64,000 nt of DNA from NCBI GenBank assembly GCA_963706285.1, contig CAVPLU010000012.1:32001-96000 (forward strand), read 5' to 3'. Under the pieces are notes generated by a model. The model saw only the letters and a list, made by a program, of their open reading frames with translations. It ran no database searches and was not told where the DNA came from. The DNA is from Candidatus Bathyarchaeota archaeon (GTDB lineage: Archaea > Thermoproteota > Bathyarchaeia > 40CM-2-53-6). The position numbers were made by a program, and so were the translations under genes. This document shows positions 50,270 to 61,344 of the stretch, piece by piece (the stretch's first letter is position 1; every line of letters starts with the position of its first letter).

Positions 50270-50944
50270 CTAGGCTTCTAGTATCTCCGCATTCTCCAAT
50301 GCGCGTCTAACCATGTGGTTCACATCCAGATGCGTCTCAGACTCTGCAATCTCGTCAGTTCGAGAATGCGTCCTTGGTTTACGCGTTGGGATTCCGCAGG
50401 CTGCTACGCCAGGGCTTATTGAGAGCTCGAATGTTCCGATGGTCTTGGCGACGCGTTCAATCTCGTCTTTGTTCATCCCGACAAGGGGTCTGATGACGGG
50501 AAGCCCCTCTGATGTCGAATCCGTCACGAATAGATTGTGCAGCGTTTGGCTGGCCTTTTGTCCCACGACATCTCCTGTAACTATGCAGTCTGCCATTTCT
50601 CTGCGTGCGATCTCGCTTGCGACTCTAAACATCATTCTTCTTGATATCACGCACGCGAGGTTCCGTTGGCAGGAGCTGACTATTTCCGTAAGGTCTGGAG
50701 AGTGTCCAATGATGTAGGTTCTGATTGGTGGAGAACGCGAGTAGGCCCTGACCTTTCTAATGCTTTCAATAGCGATCTCTTTTCCTCTTCGGTCAGCAAG
50801 CGGGTAGCTGTCAAAGAAAACGCTGATTGCAGCCATACCGGCCTTTATGATAAGCCATAGAGCGACAGGGGAATCGATGCCTCCGGAGATCAGACATACT
50901 GCTCTCCCTCGGTCAGCGCCCTGCGGCGAACTTCGGCTCACCAT
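50270..50944 (-). CDS. ThiI-like PP-loop sulfurtransferase lacking THUMP domain
   Basis: LISGGIDSPVA, RRMMFR.A, TGD.VGQKASQTL.NL, RPLVGMNKDEI. Confidence 0.88.
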   Translation of the reverse strand: MVSRSSPQGADRGRAVCLISGGIDSPVALWLIIKAGMAAISVFFDSYPLADRRGKEIAIESIRKVRAYSRSPPIRTYIIGHSPDLTEIVSSCQRNLACVISRRMMFRVASEIARREMADCIVTGDVVGQKASQTLHNLFVTDSTSEGLPVIRPLVGMNKDEIERVAKTIGTFELSISPGVAACGIPTRKPRTHSRTDEIAESETHLDVNHMVRRALENAEILEA

Positions 50945-50955
50945 TTCTGTTGTTG

Positions 50956-52011
50956 TCAAGCGTAACGACCTGGTCTTTTGCCAACCTTGTCCATGATTTT
51001 TCGATATACTTCGATCGCTTCTTGTTCGGAACTGACTCCTTTTATCAGCATCCTCCCGTGAGCGAAAAGAGTGATCTCGCGACCTGCGTATTGAAAGACC
51101 AAGGCCATTGGAGTCCTTAGGTGGATGCGAGTTCCCTTGCCGAGGCGCTTTGGAACGGACCTGAGGTCTATCCTGAGTTGCCTCGATGGATTGATATTCA
51201 CGGTTTCTTTGCCGCAGAGCCACGTGAGTCTCTCTTCAGCAGGTTGTTGAATTGGCTGGGCTACTTGGCACACTTTGCAGTCGCTTCTGATCTGAATATC
51301 TACCGTTCTAAAGTCCATCTCTCGAAAATCGCAAATGAGTAGCTTTCCTTCAAGTGAGGGTTGAATTCCAGCGAGCAATTTGATCGCTTCGGTAGCTTCG
51401 AGTGCACCGATGCTTCCGGTTGTTGTGCCTAGCACACCTCGCGTCTCACAGGTGGGCAAGTATTTGTCGTCGAGGCCTGGCATTATGCATTCCAAACATG
51501 GCGTCTTTGGCGACCTGAATACGGATATGTTTCCCTCCATCCCGATTGCACCCGCGAAAACGTACGGGATCGAGTGTTTCACGGCCGCGCGATTGATTAC
51601 GTATCGAGTTGCCATGTTGTCAAGGCCGTCTACAATACAGTCGCAGTCAGCGACTATTTCGTCGACGTTTGCTTCACGCACATTTTCGGCAACCGGCTCA
51701 AGACGAACTTGAGGGTTGAGACTCTTGAGTCTTCGGACTGCCGCCTCGACCTTTGGGGTTCTCACGTCCTCTACGCCATACAGGATCTGTCTTTGGAGGT
51801 TGTGAGTCTCGACAGTGTCTTGGTCGACCACTCGTATCCTGCCGACTCCGGCCATTGTGAGGTATGCTGCAGCAACTGCGCCTAGGCCTCCTAACCCTAT
51901 TATCGCTACTGTTGCGTGCCTCAGCTTCTCTTGCCCTTCGTGGCCCAGCTCCCGCATGACTTCCTGTCGTGAGTAGTAATCTCTCAGAGAGACATGCTGC
52001 TTCGTTCTCAA
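50956..52011 (-). CDS. MoeB/ThiF (E1-like) adenylyltransferase
   Basis: YSRQ, GLGGLG, D.DTVE.HNLQRQ, PCLEC, TCETRGV. Confidence 0.93.
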   Translation of the reverse strand: MRTKQHVSLRDYYSRQEVMRELGHEGQEKLRHATVAIIGLGGLGAVAAAYLTMAGVGRIRVVDQDTVETHNLQRQILYGVEDVRTPKVEAAVRRLKSLNPQVRLEPVAENVREANVDEIVADCDCIVDGLDNMATRYVINRAAVKHSIPYVFAGAIGMEGNISVFRSPKTPCLECIMPGLDDKYLPTCETRGVLGTTTGSIGALEATEAIKLLAGIQPSLEGKLLICDFREMDFRTVDIQIRSDCKVCQVAQPIQQPAEERLTWLCGKETVNINPSRQLRIDLRSVPKRLGKGTRIHLRTPMALVFQYAGREITLFAHGRMLIKGVSSEQEAIEVYRKIMDKVGKRPGRYA

Positions 52012-52096
52012 ACTGGTTCGAGAGGCGATATGACAACTCGGCTATTAAGGCTCAAACCTATGCTTGACCCGGTCGGGTCCTAACCGCCATGTCTAG

Positions 52097-53053
52097 TCAG
52101 GGGAACTTGTAGCCTAACGAGTTGTGGGGGCATGCATCTGCGCATTCCCCGCACAGTATGCACTCTGGGTCATTGAATTTCTCCCAGGGTAATGACAGGA
52201 TTCTGATCTGCATTGGGCAAGCTGCTTCACAGTGAGGACATTTGCTGCATTTCACGGGATCCCTCTTCATGCCCAAGAAGCTGTACTTCTGAAATGGAGC
52301 CATCTTGGCGCCCACAGGACACAGGTACCTGCACCAGAATCGTGGGACCCTGTACGCGCCATAGAAGAATGCTAGCAGAATAATCAGTTCTGCGTAGATC
52401 AAGACCGGAATTGAGCGGATCCACTCTAAGAACTGATTGGCAGAGAGCACCTCGAAGAATGTTGGGGCTACATTCACCTTGAGGTAGAGGAGGGCTCGGG
52501 GAATCGTTGAGAATAGGGTGCCTTCGGGCGCCAAGGGTATTAGAAGCCCGTTTGCAAAGACTCCCAGGGACGTCTTGTATTCGTCACCGAACCCCAACCA
52601 GAGAGAGATTGCCAGCGATATGCTGATCAAGAGAGCGATTGCCACAATGAAATACTTGAGGCGTTTTCCGCTCTCATGAGTGCGGACGTTGACTTGGCTA
52701 AGCGTTCCTTTCGCCGTTGTCACCATGTCTTGGATGAATCCCATCGGGCAGACCCAACCGCATAATGCTCTGCCCAGGAGTGCACCAATTATGAACACGA
52801 AGGCAAGTGCAAGCCACGGCATAATTGGGCTTGCAAGGGCTACTTGGATCACGTCCAAGCTGCCGTAGGCAAGATTCGTTGGCGCATCTACACTCAACAG
52901 TATTGGAAGAGGGATAGTGTATCGCTGAAGCCTTAGGTTAGGGTAGACTTCAGCCAGCAACAAACCGTTCAAGAATAAGATAGACAAGAGTTGCACGATG
53001 AAACGCGGTATGCCGTACATTAACTTGAATCGTTTCTTGTCTTTGTCAGCCAT
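52097..53053 (-). CDS. NapH/MauN-like membrane 4Fe-4S protein
   Basis: GRALCGWVCPMG, WCRYLCPVG, two CxxCxxCxxxCP motifs. Confidence 0.9.
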   Translation of the reverse strand: MADKDKKRFKLMYGIPRFIVQLLSILFLNGLLLAEVYPNLRLQRYTIPLPILLSVDAPTNLAYGSLDVIQVALASPIMPWLALAFVFIIGALLGRALCGWVCPMGFIQDMVTTAKGTLSQVNVRTHESGKRLKYFIVAIALLISISLAISLWLGFGDEYKTSLGVFANGLLIPLAPEGTLFSTIPRALLYLKVNVAPTFFEVLSANQFLEWIRSIPVLIYAELIILLAFFYGAYRVPRFWCRYLCPVGAKMAPFQKYSFLGMKRDPVKCSKCPHCEAACPMQIRILSLPWEKFNDPECILCGECADACPHNSLGYKFP

Positions 53054-53070
53054 GTCGCTCCCAACTGTTG

Positions 53071-53196
53071 CTAAGGAAACAATACAGTATACGACTCAAG
53101 CAATCTTGCAAGAGCTTGTGTGTTTCCGAGATACAAGGTCAAAGTGACGAAGGTGAGCCCCAAGAGAAGTGTAAATGAGGCGATGACGCGCTTCAA
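53071..53196 (-). CDS. 41-aa single-TM protein upstream of NapH-like gene
   Basis: MKRVIASFTLLLGLTFVTLTLYLGNTQALARLLESYTVLFP*; TATA-like TTAAAA near 53235. Confidence 0.55.
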   Translation of the reverse strand: MKRVIASFTLLLGLTFVTLTLYLGNTQALARLLESYTVLFP

Positions 53197-53450
53197 TGAG
53201 GTCCCTTCTAGATTTCAAGTTCTGCTAGAGTTTTAAGCGGATACGGATCTGACATAATTATGTCTTTCTAGACGTTTCGACCACGTAGTCGCGACTCTCA
53301 CAACAGATCGGAATCTTAGGGATCGTGGCTGAAACGCCCGCATGCCGACGCATCTTTCCCATCTCTGTAGTCTGCTCAAGGCTTATGTGATCAGAGGCGG
53401 TCCACGATGAAGAATCTCGGGTTCGACAACTCGGATGCATGTGACAAGAT

Positions 53451-53792
53451 ATGCGTGCTGCTGTTTCACTCTGGAAAAAGATTCGGTTGACTGCGGGCCA
53501 AAGAACGAAGGGGAAAGCATCGCACATGCTTCCAATCCGGGACCCAGATCTGCTCGTGATGGCTGAAACGACACGCCGAAAGATGGAAGCCGAACGCACC
53601 CTGGAAACTGTTTTCGAAAAGGTAAAGCCAATACTCCGTGGAGAGGTAGAACCGGCACGTCCAGCTCGACCATCCGAGATACCGACCGATCTCAAAGCGC
53701 AAGTCTCGGCTATGACTGACCCCGAGCAGAGAATCCGCGCCATTGTAGAATTCAAACTGTCTGGGAAGATGCACCAGAATCATCAGGACTAG
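53451..53792 (+). CDS. hypothetical protein
   Basis: 113-aa helical ORF filling the intergenic gap; start uncertain. Confidence 0.5.
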   Translation: MRAAVSLWKKIRLTAGQRTKGKASHMLPIRDPDLLVMAETTRRKMEAERTLETVFEKVKPILRGEVEPARPARPSEIPTDLKAQVSAMTDPEQRIRAIVEFKLSGKMHQNHQD

Positions 53793-53959
53793 ATCACAAA
53801 CGCGCAAAGTTGACTTCAAGGTGCAACAACGTTACGTCTGGAAGTATATCCTCGCATTGCTGGACCGCCTCGTGAGTTGAGATTTCCGAGCGGAGCCCAT
53901 GGGCTCGTAATATGGGGACCTTATGAGCTTCCTCCGCATCGTTTCTGTCAGCACCCACG

Positions 53960-55348
53960 GTGCAAGAGATGGCAAGTCTGGAAAAACCTCAAGGCCTTTT
54001 TGTCACAGCAGATAATGCGTCGATGTTCGCTGACCTCTACGAGCTCACCATGGCTGCAGCGTACTTCGAGAACCAAATCCCAGAAGAGGCAGGTTTCGAA
54101 CTATTCGTAAGACATCTTCCGAAGAACTTCTCATACATTGTCGCGGCAGGACTCGAACAGGCTCTCGACTACATCCTTAAACTCAGCTTCTCTGACAAGC
54201 AGATAGATTTCCTGAGAGAACATCCATCTTTTAGTCACATTGAGCAGAAATTCTTCGAATATTTGAGAGAGTTCAAGTTCAAAGGCGACGCTTGGGCGGT
54301 TCCCGAAGGAACCGTCGTCTTCCCAGGCGAACCACTCTTTCAAGTCGCTGGGAACATCATCGAAGCACAAATTGTTGAGACGTACTTGCTAGCTATGATC
54401 AATTTCCAGACTCTAATCGCTAGCAAAGCATCTAGGGTCGTTGAAGCCGCGGCGGGCCGAGACATCATTGAATTCGGTTCCAGGCGAGCCCATGGACCTC
54501 AGGCTGCATTGCTTGCGGCAAGAGCGTCGTACCTTGGCGGTTGCGTCGGGACGTCTAACCTGTTAGCAGGATATGAGTTGGGCATACCGACTTACGGGAC
54601 GATGGCACACTCGTTCATAATGACGTTTGACTCAGAGCGGGAGGCGTTCCTTGCCTACAAGAAGGCTTTCCCGGACAACATGGCGTTGCTGATAGACACT
54701 TACGACACGATTGAAGGAGCAAAGACGGCTGCTAGTCTCGGGGTCTCCCCAACGCTTGTACGCTTGGACAGCGGTGATCTCCTTGACCTGAGTGTGAGGG
54801 TCAGACGCATCCTTGACGAAGCAGGACATAAGAACACGAAAATCTTTGCGAGTGGAGATCTGAACGAGTACAAAATCCGCGATTTGGTTTCCAAAGGCGC
54901 ACCGATCGACTCTTTCGGTGTGGGAACGGAGTTGGTTACATCAAGAGATGATCCTGCTTTGCCGGGCATCTATAAGCTAGTCGAACTCCGTCGAGGGTCA
55001 CAGACCATTCCTAGGGTTAAGTTGAGTCCGGCCAAAGTCACGATCCCAGAACTCAAGCAAGTGTTTCGGGCGTACAATAGCTCAGGCCTAATCGAACAAG
55101 ACATTGTCGCAATAAGTGACGAGCACTTCGAAAACGCCACCACTCACCCACTGCTCACGAGAGTGATCGACAAGGGGCAGATAGTGTACCGCTTTCCATC
55201 CCTGTCGGAATCTCGCGAGTTCGGACGAAAACAGATGCAGACCCTCCCGCGAGAGTTCAGAGATCTAACGGTCGTTGCCGAGGCACCAGTGCGATTGAGC
55301 CCTAAGCTCTCTGCCTTGTGTGAGAAACTTTACCACGGAATAGCCTAA
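53960..55348 (+). CDS. pncB: nicotinate phosphoribosyltransferase
   Basis: DLYELTM, EFGSRRAHG, GTMAHSF, LIDTYDT, VRLDSGD. Confidence 0.96.
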   Translation: MQEMASLEKPQGLFVTADNASMFADLYELTMAAAYFENQIPEEAGFELFVRHLPKNFSYIVAAGLEQALDYILKLSFSDKQIDFLREHPSFSHIEQKFFEYLREFKFKGDAWAVPEGTVVFPGEPLFQVAGNIIEAQIVETYLLAMINFQTLIASKASRVVEAAAGRDIIEFGSRRAHGPQAALLAARASYLGGCVGTSNLLAGYELGIPTYGTMAHSFIMTFDSEREAFLAYKKAFPDNMALLIDTYDTIEGAKTAASLGVSPTLVRLDSGDLLDLSVRVRRILDEAGHKNTKIFASGDLNEYKIRDLVSKGAPIDSFGVGTELVTSRDDPALPGIYKLVELRRGSQTIPRVKLSPAKVTIPELKQVFRAYNSSGLIEQDIVAISDEHFENATTHPLLTRVIDKGQIVYRFPSLSESREFGRKQMQTLPREFRDLTVVAEAPVRLSPKLSALCEKLYHGIA

Positions 55349-55489
55349 GCACTATTGAGTAGGGACCTCAGCCAAGTGCCAAGCGACATCAGTCGATCAG
55401 GGAACCCACTCTATCGGAATGGGGCTCAAAGCTGAACACTTAAGTGAGGTGCCTAGCATCCAACGCGCGTCAGCAGAACCGAACGATTC

Positions 55490-56375
55490 GTGATCGCGAT
55501 GACTTTTCTCGCCAGCATAGGTAATTACATTGAGGTGACAAAACCTAAGACTGTTGCCTTGTTGGTTTTCACTTCCGTTGCTACCACGGCAATAGCAGCG
55601 CTTTCTGCAAAATGGTTCGTGCCATCCGTATTACTGGCAGGCTTGATTGCGATAACCGCCGCCTCGGCCGGATGCAATACTGTGACATGCTATATCGACA
55701 GGGACATCGACAAGGTCATGCGCCGAACGAGTCACAGACCGATTCCTACGGACCGTATCGAGCCCGCAGAGCGTGCACTGGTCTGGGGCCTCGGCTTGAT
55801 AGCGTTGGGGCTTGTGATCGGTTTGTGGATCAATCTTGTTTCTTTCGTGATTCTGGCGCTTGGTGTGCTGGATAATGTCGTTGTGTATAGTCTTTGGCTG
55901 AAGAGAAGGAGCTCGCTCAACATAATCCTGGGCGGCTTCAGCGGAGGATTGCCAGCAATGTTCGGATGGAGCATGATCACTGGAACAATCAGTCTCCTGC
56001 CAATCCTGCTTGCCGCACTAGTGGTGTTGTGGATTCCCAGTCACATTTGGAGTCTCGCAATTCTCAGCAAAGAAGACTACGCTCTAGCAGGCGTACCGAT
56101 GCTACCGGTTGTGATGAAGGAAAAGGTCGCATTGCGATGTATTGTTGCTACTGTGCTTCTGATGATTCCCTTCTCCTTGGCGATCTATTCAGAAGGAGGC
56201 TTTAGCTGGATCTACGCTGCATCCGCCAGTTGTTCTGGGTGCTGCCGTCTTGGTGTTGAATGTGTATTTGTTTTTCCGTCCGACGAGACAGAACGCCTAC
56301 CGAGCGTTCAAGATTTCGAGCCCTTACCTATTCCTGCTGTTTCTCGCGATGGTCATCGACAGAGTTCTTCTCTGA
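55490..56375 (+). CDS. cyoE: heme O synthase (protoheme IX farnesyltransferase; indel near 56228)
   Basis: TKPK, DRDID..M.RT..RPIP, YSLWLKRR, WIPSHIWSLA...EDY..AGVPMLP. Confidence 0.93.
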
Positions 56376-56389
56376 GCGACGTTCACATC

Positions 56390-57569
56390 TTAGTATCCCA
56401 GTATTCTCATCAGGATATCTACTCCAATAGGAATCTTGCACGTGACGACCTTCCTGATTCCTGATGTTTGCAGAATTCCCATGGTGCGATCGAAGATCCT
56501 GTCGTGACGCATGAAGATATCCGCGAATCTTCTCATTCGTGCTGAATTCGCAAGTTGGCGGCCAAAGACGCTCTTCCATCTGGTCTCGTAGCGAGATAGC
56601 GGTGTGTCTTTCTTCACATGGAGAGCTGCAATTTCGCCTGCAATTCGCCCTGACACCATAGCGGTGGGTATTCCTCCGCCATTCGTAGCCATCACCATGC
56701 CGGCTGCATCTCCGACCAGAAGAAGCCTGTCGGAGTAGGTCTTGGATACGGCCCCGTCAATTGGCAGAGGATCCGCGATCATTGTCAAGGATGTTGCCTG
56801 AATGTGACTTGTCGGTTGTGAGAGAACACTTGTGAACAAAATAGTCAAGCCGATCCTTCGCTCGTCCGGACTTGAACGTGGTTCGAATTCCTATTCCTAT
56901 GTTTGCGGTTGTGGAGCTCTTCGGAATTATCCACCCGTATCCGCCGGGCGCGATGGCGGTGCTCATGTACATCTCGGTAACATCAGGTTCTACGGTCAGA
57001 TTGTCCATGACATACTGATAGTTTACAGCGACATTCTCCGGACGCATATAGCGATCACAAACGAGTCCTCCTGAAGTGGCCACTTCAGATGGAAAACCAT
57101 CAGCGGCAATTACCACCTCTGCGTCTAGACACTCCGGTTCGGTCGTTCCAACTTCGATCTTGCGTTGATCTTCTGAGACTCGAACTCGACGCCCGAGCCT
57201 GATTTCCACGCCAAGCCTATTGGCTTCCCTTGCCATCTTCTGCTCTAGAAGGATTCGATCAAGCACGTATGCTTTGAACGGGAACTCCCAACATTTCCCA
57301 CTCGGAGAGAACATACGAAGCGTTTCACAGGTGTTAGCTATGACATCGGGGGGCATTTCGAAAAGGTGTTCGAAATCCTCGGCTCCCGGTAGAAGGTCCA
57401 GCATCTCCTCTTTGCATGGGAAATACTCTCCACACTTTACGGGCATGCCGATTGTTGTCTTCTTATCGAGTAGTAGGACCGATGCTCCGCCTTCCGCTGC
57501 AGCGATTGCGGCCTGCAGACCAGCTGGGCCGGCTCCTACGACGACTATTTCGAAACGCTGTGAGTCCAC
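56390..57569 (-). CDS. geranylgeranyl reductase family flavoprotein (indel near 56790)
   Basis: VVGAGPAG, PVKCGE, PGGYGWIIPK, LVGDAAG...TNGGGI. Confidence 0.9.
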
Positions 57570-57694
57570 CAATTGCCATTCAAGCCGTGATATGTAGTCG
57601 CGGCTCGAGCAGTAGGGGAGTTCATTTTTAAACACTCTTCCGGATTAGAATTGGTCAATTCATAAGGGCATGATATATAAATCAGGATAAGACT

Positions 57695-58774
57695 ATGTCT
57701 AGTAAATACCATGAGGAGGAAATTGGTTTGGAAGCAAGAAAAGTACAACGCGTCGGCTACTCGACTCTCACAGTCTCTCTGCCTCGCAGCTGGGTCCAGG
57801 AAGTCAATCTCAAACAAGGGGACGTAGTTTCAATCAGAAGAGAGGATGATGGATCGCTTAGAGTGTTTACTGGTCTAGAGCAGAAGCATGAGGAAGCAAA
57901 AAAGTGCATAATTGACGCTGACCTGTGCGACAAACCCGACCTCCTCAGTCGAATCATCACAGGGAACTACATACTTGGCCATGACACAATCCAAGTGGTC
58001 TCCAAACGAGAGCTTAAACCCGAGCACCTTGAAGAAACCAGACGAGCAACCCAAAGGCTGACCGGTCTAGGCATAGTCGAACAGACTCTGAAGCAAGTGA
58101 CGGTCCAAAGCTTCGTCGATCCCACGAAATTCCCTGTTTATGGGCTTATTCGTAGGCTCCACATAGTGGTTTCCTCGATGCAAGAAACCGCTGTCAAGGC
58201 ACTCGTCGAAAAGCGACCAGATCTTGCGAACGAAGTGTCGCACATGGAAACGGAGGCTGACCGAATCTACTGGCTCGTTGTCAGACAACTCCTCCTTGCA
58301 ATTCGCGACAGAAGCGTGGGCGCAAAGATCGGAATATTATCACCAACTCACGTCGCAGGAAATAGGGTGGTAGTGAAGACCTTAGAAGAGATGGCTGACT
58401 CCGCAGAAAATATCGCGAAAGAGGTGTTGTCCGTGAAGGAGCTAGGCGCCGCAAACGAGCAGATACTCGATGGGATTACGAAATTCAGTGTAATGGTTCA
58501 GTCCGTCTCTGAAAAAATGATGAAGTCATTGTTGACTCTTGACGTCAAACTAGCTAACGATGCGATTGCCGGCAGTGAGCTGGCCATGAAGGAGCAAAGG
58601 AAATTGACAGAGAAAATTCTTGGCTCGGTGAAGGACGTTGGTCTTGCGGTTTGCCTACGTACAATCGTTTGGAATTTAGCCGACATTGCCAAAGACGCTA
58701 AGATCATTGGCGAGATCGCAATAAACCGCACTCTAGAGGCGCCCAGCGAGATCTGCAGACTCGAAAAAGCCTAG
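57695..58774 (+). CDS. AbrB-PhoU phosphate uptake regulator
   Basis: RKVQRVG.STLTVSLP.SWV AbrB domain plus two PhoU helical bundles. Confidence 0.9.
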   Translation: MSSKYHEEEIGLEARKVQRVGYSTLTVSLPRSWVQEVNLKQGDVVSIRREDDGSLRVFTGLEQKHEEAKKCIIDADLCDKPDLLSRIITGNYILGHDTIQVVSKRELKPEHLEETRRATQRLTGLGIVEQTLKQVTVQSFVDPTKFPVYGLIRRLHIVVSSMQETAVKALVEKRPDLANEVSHMETEADRIYWLVVRQLLLAIRDRSVGAKIGILSPTHVAGNRVVVKTLEEMADSAENIAKEVLSVKELGAANEQILDGITKFSVMVQSVSEKMMKSLLTLDVKLANDAIAGSELAMKEQRKLTEKILGSVKDVGLAVCLRTIVWNLADIAKDAKIIGEIAINRTLEAPSEICRLEKA

Positions 58775-60204
58775 AGCACGGTTGCGATCCGTAGCACAAG
58801 CGAGAAGAACGGTTCGGGGTAGACCCCGATCAGGACCGTGATTGCCGTCGACAACGCTAGCACTCCCACAAAGAGGCGAGGCTCTTTTACCGGGGTCATA
58901 TCAGGCGCTTCGTCAAGATACATTCGTTTTATGACCCAGCCATAGTATGCAAGAGAGAAGGCACTGTTCAACACACCTGCTAGCGCCAACCAATACAGGT
59001 TTGAGTCCATAGCGGCGGTGAAAAGGATCAATTTGCTCATGAATCCACTAAGAGGAGGCACCCCTGCAAGCCCCAGCAATAATATGCTCAAGGTAAATGC
59101 CGTGTAAGGCATCCTCTTCCCCAAGCCAGAGTAACCGTCGAGAGTGGTCGTTGATAGCATCATCAAGACAGCTGCAGCCGCCAAGAAAGCTGCAGACTTC
59201 ATGACCGAATGATTCAGTATGTGGAATAGAGCGCCTCCTACGCCAAGTGCGGTGGGCGCAGCTAGACCGATCATTATGTAACCTGACTGGGCGATGCTGG
59301 AATAGGCGAGCATACGAGTGAAACTCTTCTGCATCAACGCTCCGACATTTCCCAATGTCATCGTCAGCAAAGCGACCACAGCAAAGATCGTTGACCAATC
59401 ACTCTTGAAGAAAACCAAAGCGACAACGAAGATTCTCAGTAGCGCCGCAAATCCGCCGGCTTTTGTTCCCGCTGCCAGCAATGCAGCAATCGTTGTGGGA
59501 GCACCTTCATATGCGTCTGGTATCCACATGTGGAATGGAACCGCTGCAACTTTCATTCCGAAACCGGCGACAAAAAGTGCTACAGCGAGAATGCTCAGCG
59601 GTTTCAGCAATAGATTCTGAGAACTCAAAGTCTCACTAATCGTAATGATATTAGTGCTTCCTGTCACTCCGAAAAGCAATGATATAGCATAGATGATCAG
59701 GCCAGATGACAACGCGCTGGTCAGGAAGTACTTGACGGCTGCCTCATTGGAAGCTGGGTCCTTCTTGAAAATGCCCGTGAGAACATATGTTGGGATGCTC
59801 ATCAATTCCCATGAAACGAATAGTGCGACCAAGTCTACAGATAGCGCCACCAACATCATTCCAAAGGTAGAGAAGAGAAGTAGGCCATAGTACGCCAGAT
59901 TGTTCTCGTCCTGCCTCATGTACGATATCGATGCAATGTTGACAAGCGTCGAAATGAACAGAAAGATAACTGCAAAGAACATAGAAAACGCATCGAAGTT
60001 GAGCACACCATAGACAAGTATCGGCTGTGGCGAATTTCGGAAGAGCACTACAAGAGCCGAAAAGAGTGAGATTACCAGCGCTGCCATAGTCCAGTAGGGC
60101 ACAAGGTTCCTGGCGCCTAGCCGGCGGTGCAATTGACCGACAGCGGGGGTCAGCAAACCGAAGAGCGGAAGCGGCGCCAGTATCAGTACAGTAGACCAGT
60201 CCAT
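58771..60204 (-). CDS. nuoN: NADH-quinone oxidoreductase subunit N
   Basis: NEAAVKYF, K.AAVPFHMWIPDAYEGAPT, RMLAYSSIAQSGY, LAGVPPLSGF.SK. Confidence 0.93.
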   Translation of the reverse strand: MDWSTVLILAPLPLFGLLTPAVGQLHRRLGARNLVPYWTMAALVISLFSALVVLFRNSPQPILVYGVLNFDAFSMFFAVIFLFISTLVNIASISYMRQDENNLAYYGLLLFSTFGMMLVALSVDLVALFVSWELMSIPTYVLTGIFKKDPASNEAAVKYFLTSALSSGLIIYAISLLFGVTGSTNIITISETLSSQNLLLKPLSILAVALFVAGFGMKVAAVPFHMWIPDAYEGAPTTIAALLAAGTKAGGFAALLRIFVVALVFFKSDWSTIFAVVALLTMTLGNVGALMQKSFTRMLAYSSIAQSGYIMIGLAAPTALGVGGALFHILNHSVMKSAAFLAAAAVLMMLSTTTLDGYSGLGKRMPYTAFTLSILLLGLAGVPPLSGFMSKLILFTAAMDSNLYWLALAGVLNSAFSLAYYGWVIKRMYLDEAPDMTPVKEPRLFVGVLALSTAITVLIGVYPEPFFSLVLRIATVL

Positions 60205-60353
60205 GTCTGAACCTCGCAGATCCGTAGCTGTTCAATCAACGACATATTAAGACCTTAGTCCGATCCCCGTGATCTCACGGTCAGCTATGCGGTTCACAAA
60301 AAGCTATTTGCTGCTCCCACTTCACCTCAGGGCGGGAAGCTCAAGGACGGAGA

Positions 60354-60677
60354 ATGATAGCTTTGTCATCGCTTGAAGTCATGAAGAAAATAGTAGATGC
60401 AGAGAAACAAAGCCAAGAGATACTCGAAACAAGCAAACTAGAGATCTCCGAAATGAAGAGAAATATTCCTAACAGAACCGCTTCAATGAGACAAGAGATC
60501 CTTCGCAAAGCAAATGAGGAAAGGCAGAAGGCACTCGCCGAAGCTGAGGGAGTCGGTGCTCAAGAGGCTGATAAGATAGCCTTGGAAGCGAAGAAGCAGG
60601 TTCAATCACTATCCCAGATCTCGAAGGACAAACGAAACCAAGCCGTGGAAGCAGCCATCAAGCTGCTCCTTTCATGA
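60354..60677 (+). CDS. A/V-type ATP synthase subunit H/G
   Basis: Charged helical protein (MKKIVDAEKQSQEI) heading the ATPase genes. Confidence 0.7.
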   Translation: MIALSSLEVMKKIVDAEKQSQEILETSKLEISEMKRNIPNRTASMRQEILRKANEERQKALAEAEGVGAQEADKIALEAKKQVQSLSQISKDKRNQAVEAAIKLLLS

Positions 60678-60695
60678 CGCGTGAGGTGATTATCG

Positions 60696-61321
60696 ATGAG
60701 TACCGGTTTAGACAGACTCGTGGAAGACATCATGAAGGAAGGCAGGGTAAAAGCCGAAGAAATCAAGAGAGAAGGCCTAGACTCAGATCGAGGATAGCGT
60801 CTCAAGAGCAAGAGCTGACGCCATCAGAGAAGCAGAAGAGATCGTTCGAAACACAAAGACTGAATGCGATGCTGCTGTCAATAGACGACTAAGCCAAGAG
60901 AAACAGAAAGCTCGCATAGCCTATCTGACTGAGAAGAACAAGGTCCTCGACGATATCATGAAAGAGGTGCGACACAAAGCTTGTCGAGCTTTGTAGCGAC
61001 GAATCCCGATATCGCCCGTTTCTAGTGAAATCAATCGCCCGTGGAATTGAAGCAATTCCATCTGACAGGAGTCAAAGTTGCTTTGTCTGGATACAGACCT
61101 GCGTCGATACCGAGGCTCGAAGTTGCTTGAGGAAGTACTTGCCACTGTGAAAACCCCAAAAACAGCCGTGCTCAGCAGATCAGTCTATTGAGACAATAGG
61201 GGGAGCCATTGTTACTTCACAGGATGACAAGGTGCGAGTGGACTGTACCTTGGAGGCGAAGCTCGAACTGACCAAGACACAGTTGCTTACCGAAGTATCC
61301 AAGATACTCTTCACTTCCTAG
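60696..61321 (+). CDS. A/V-type ATP synthase subunit E (multiple indels)
   Basis: GLDRLVEDIMKEG..AEEI, IGGAIVTSQDDKVRVDCTLEAKL across frames. Confidence 0.8.
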
Positions 61322-61344
61322 TCAACGATCAAGAAGCTGGCGAA

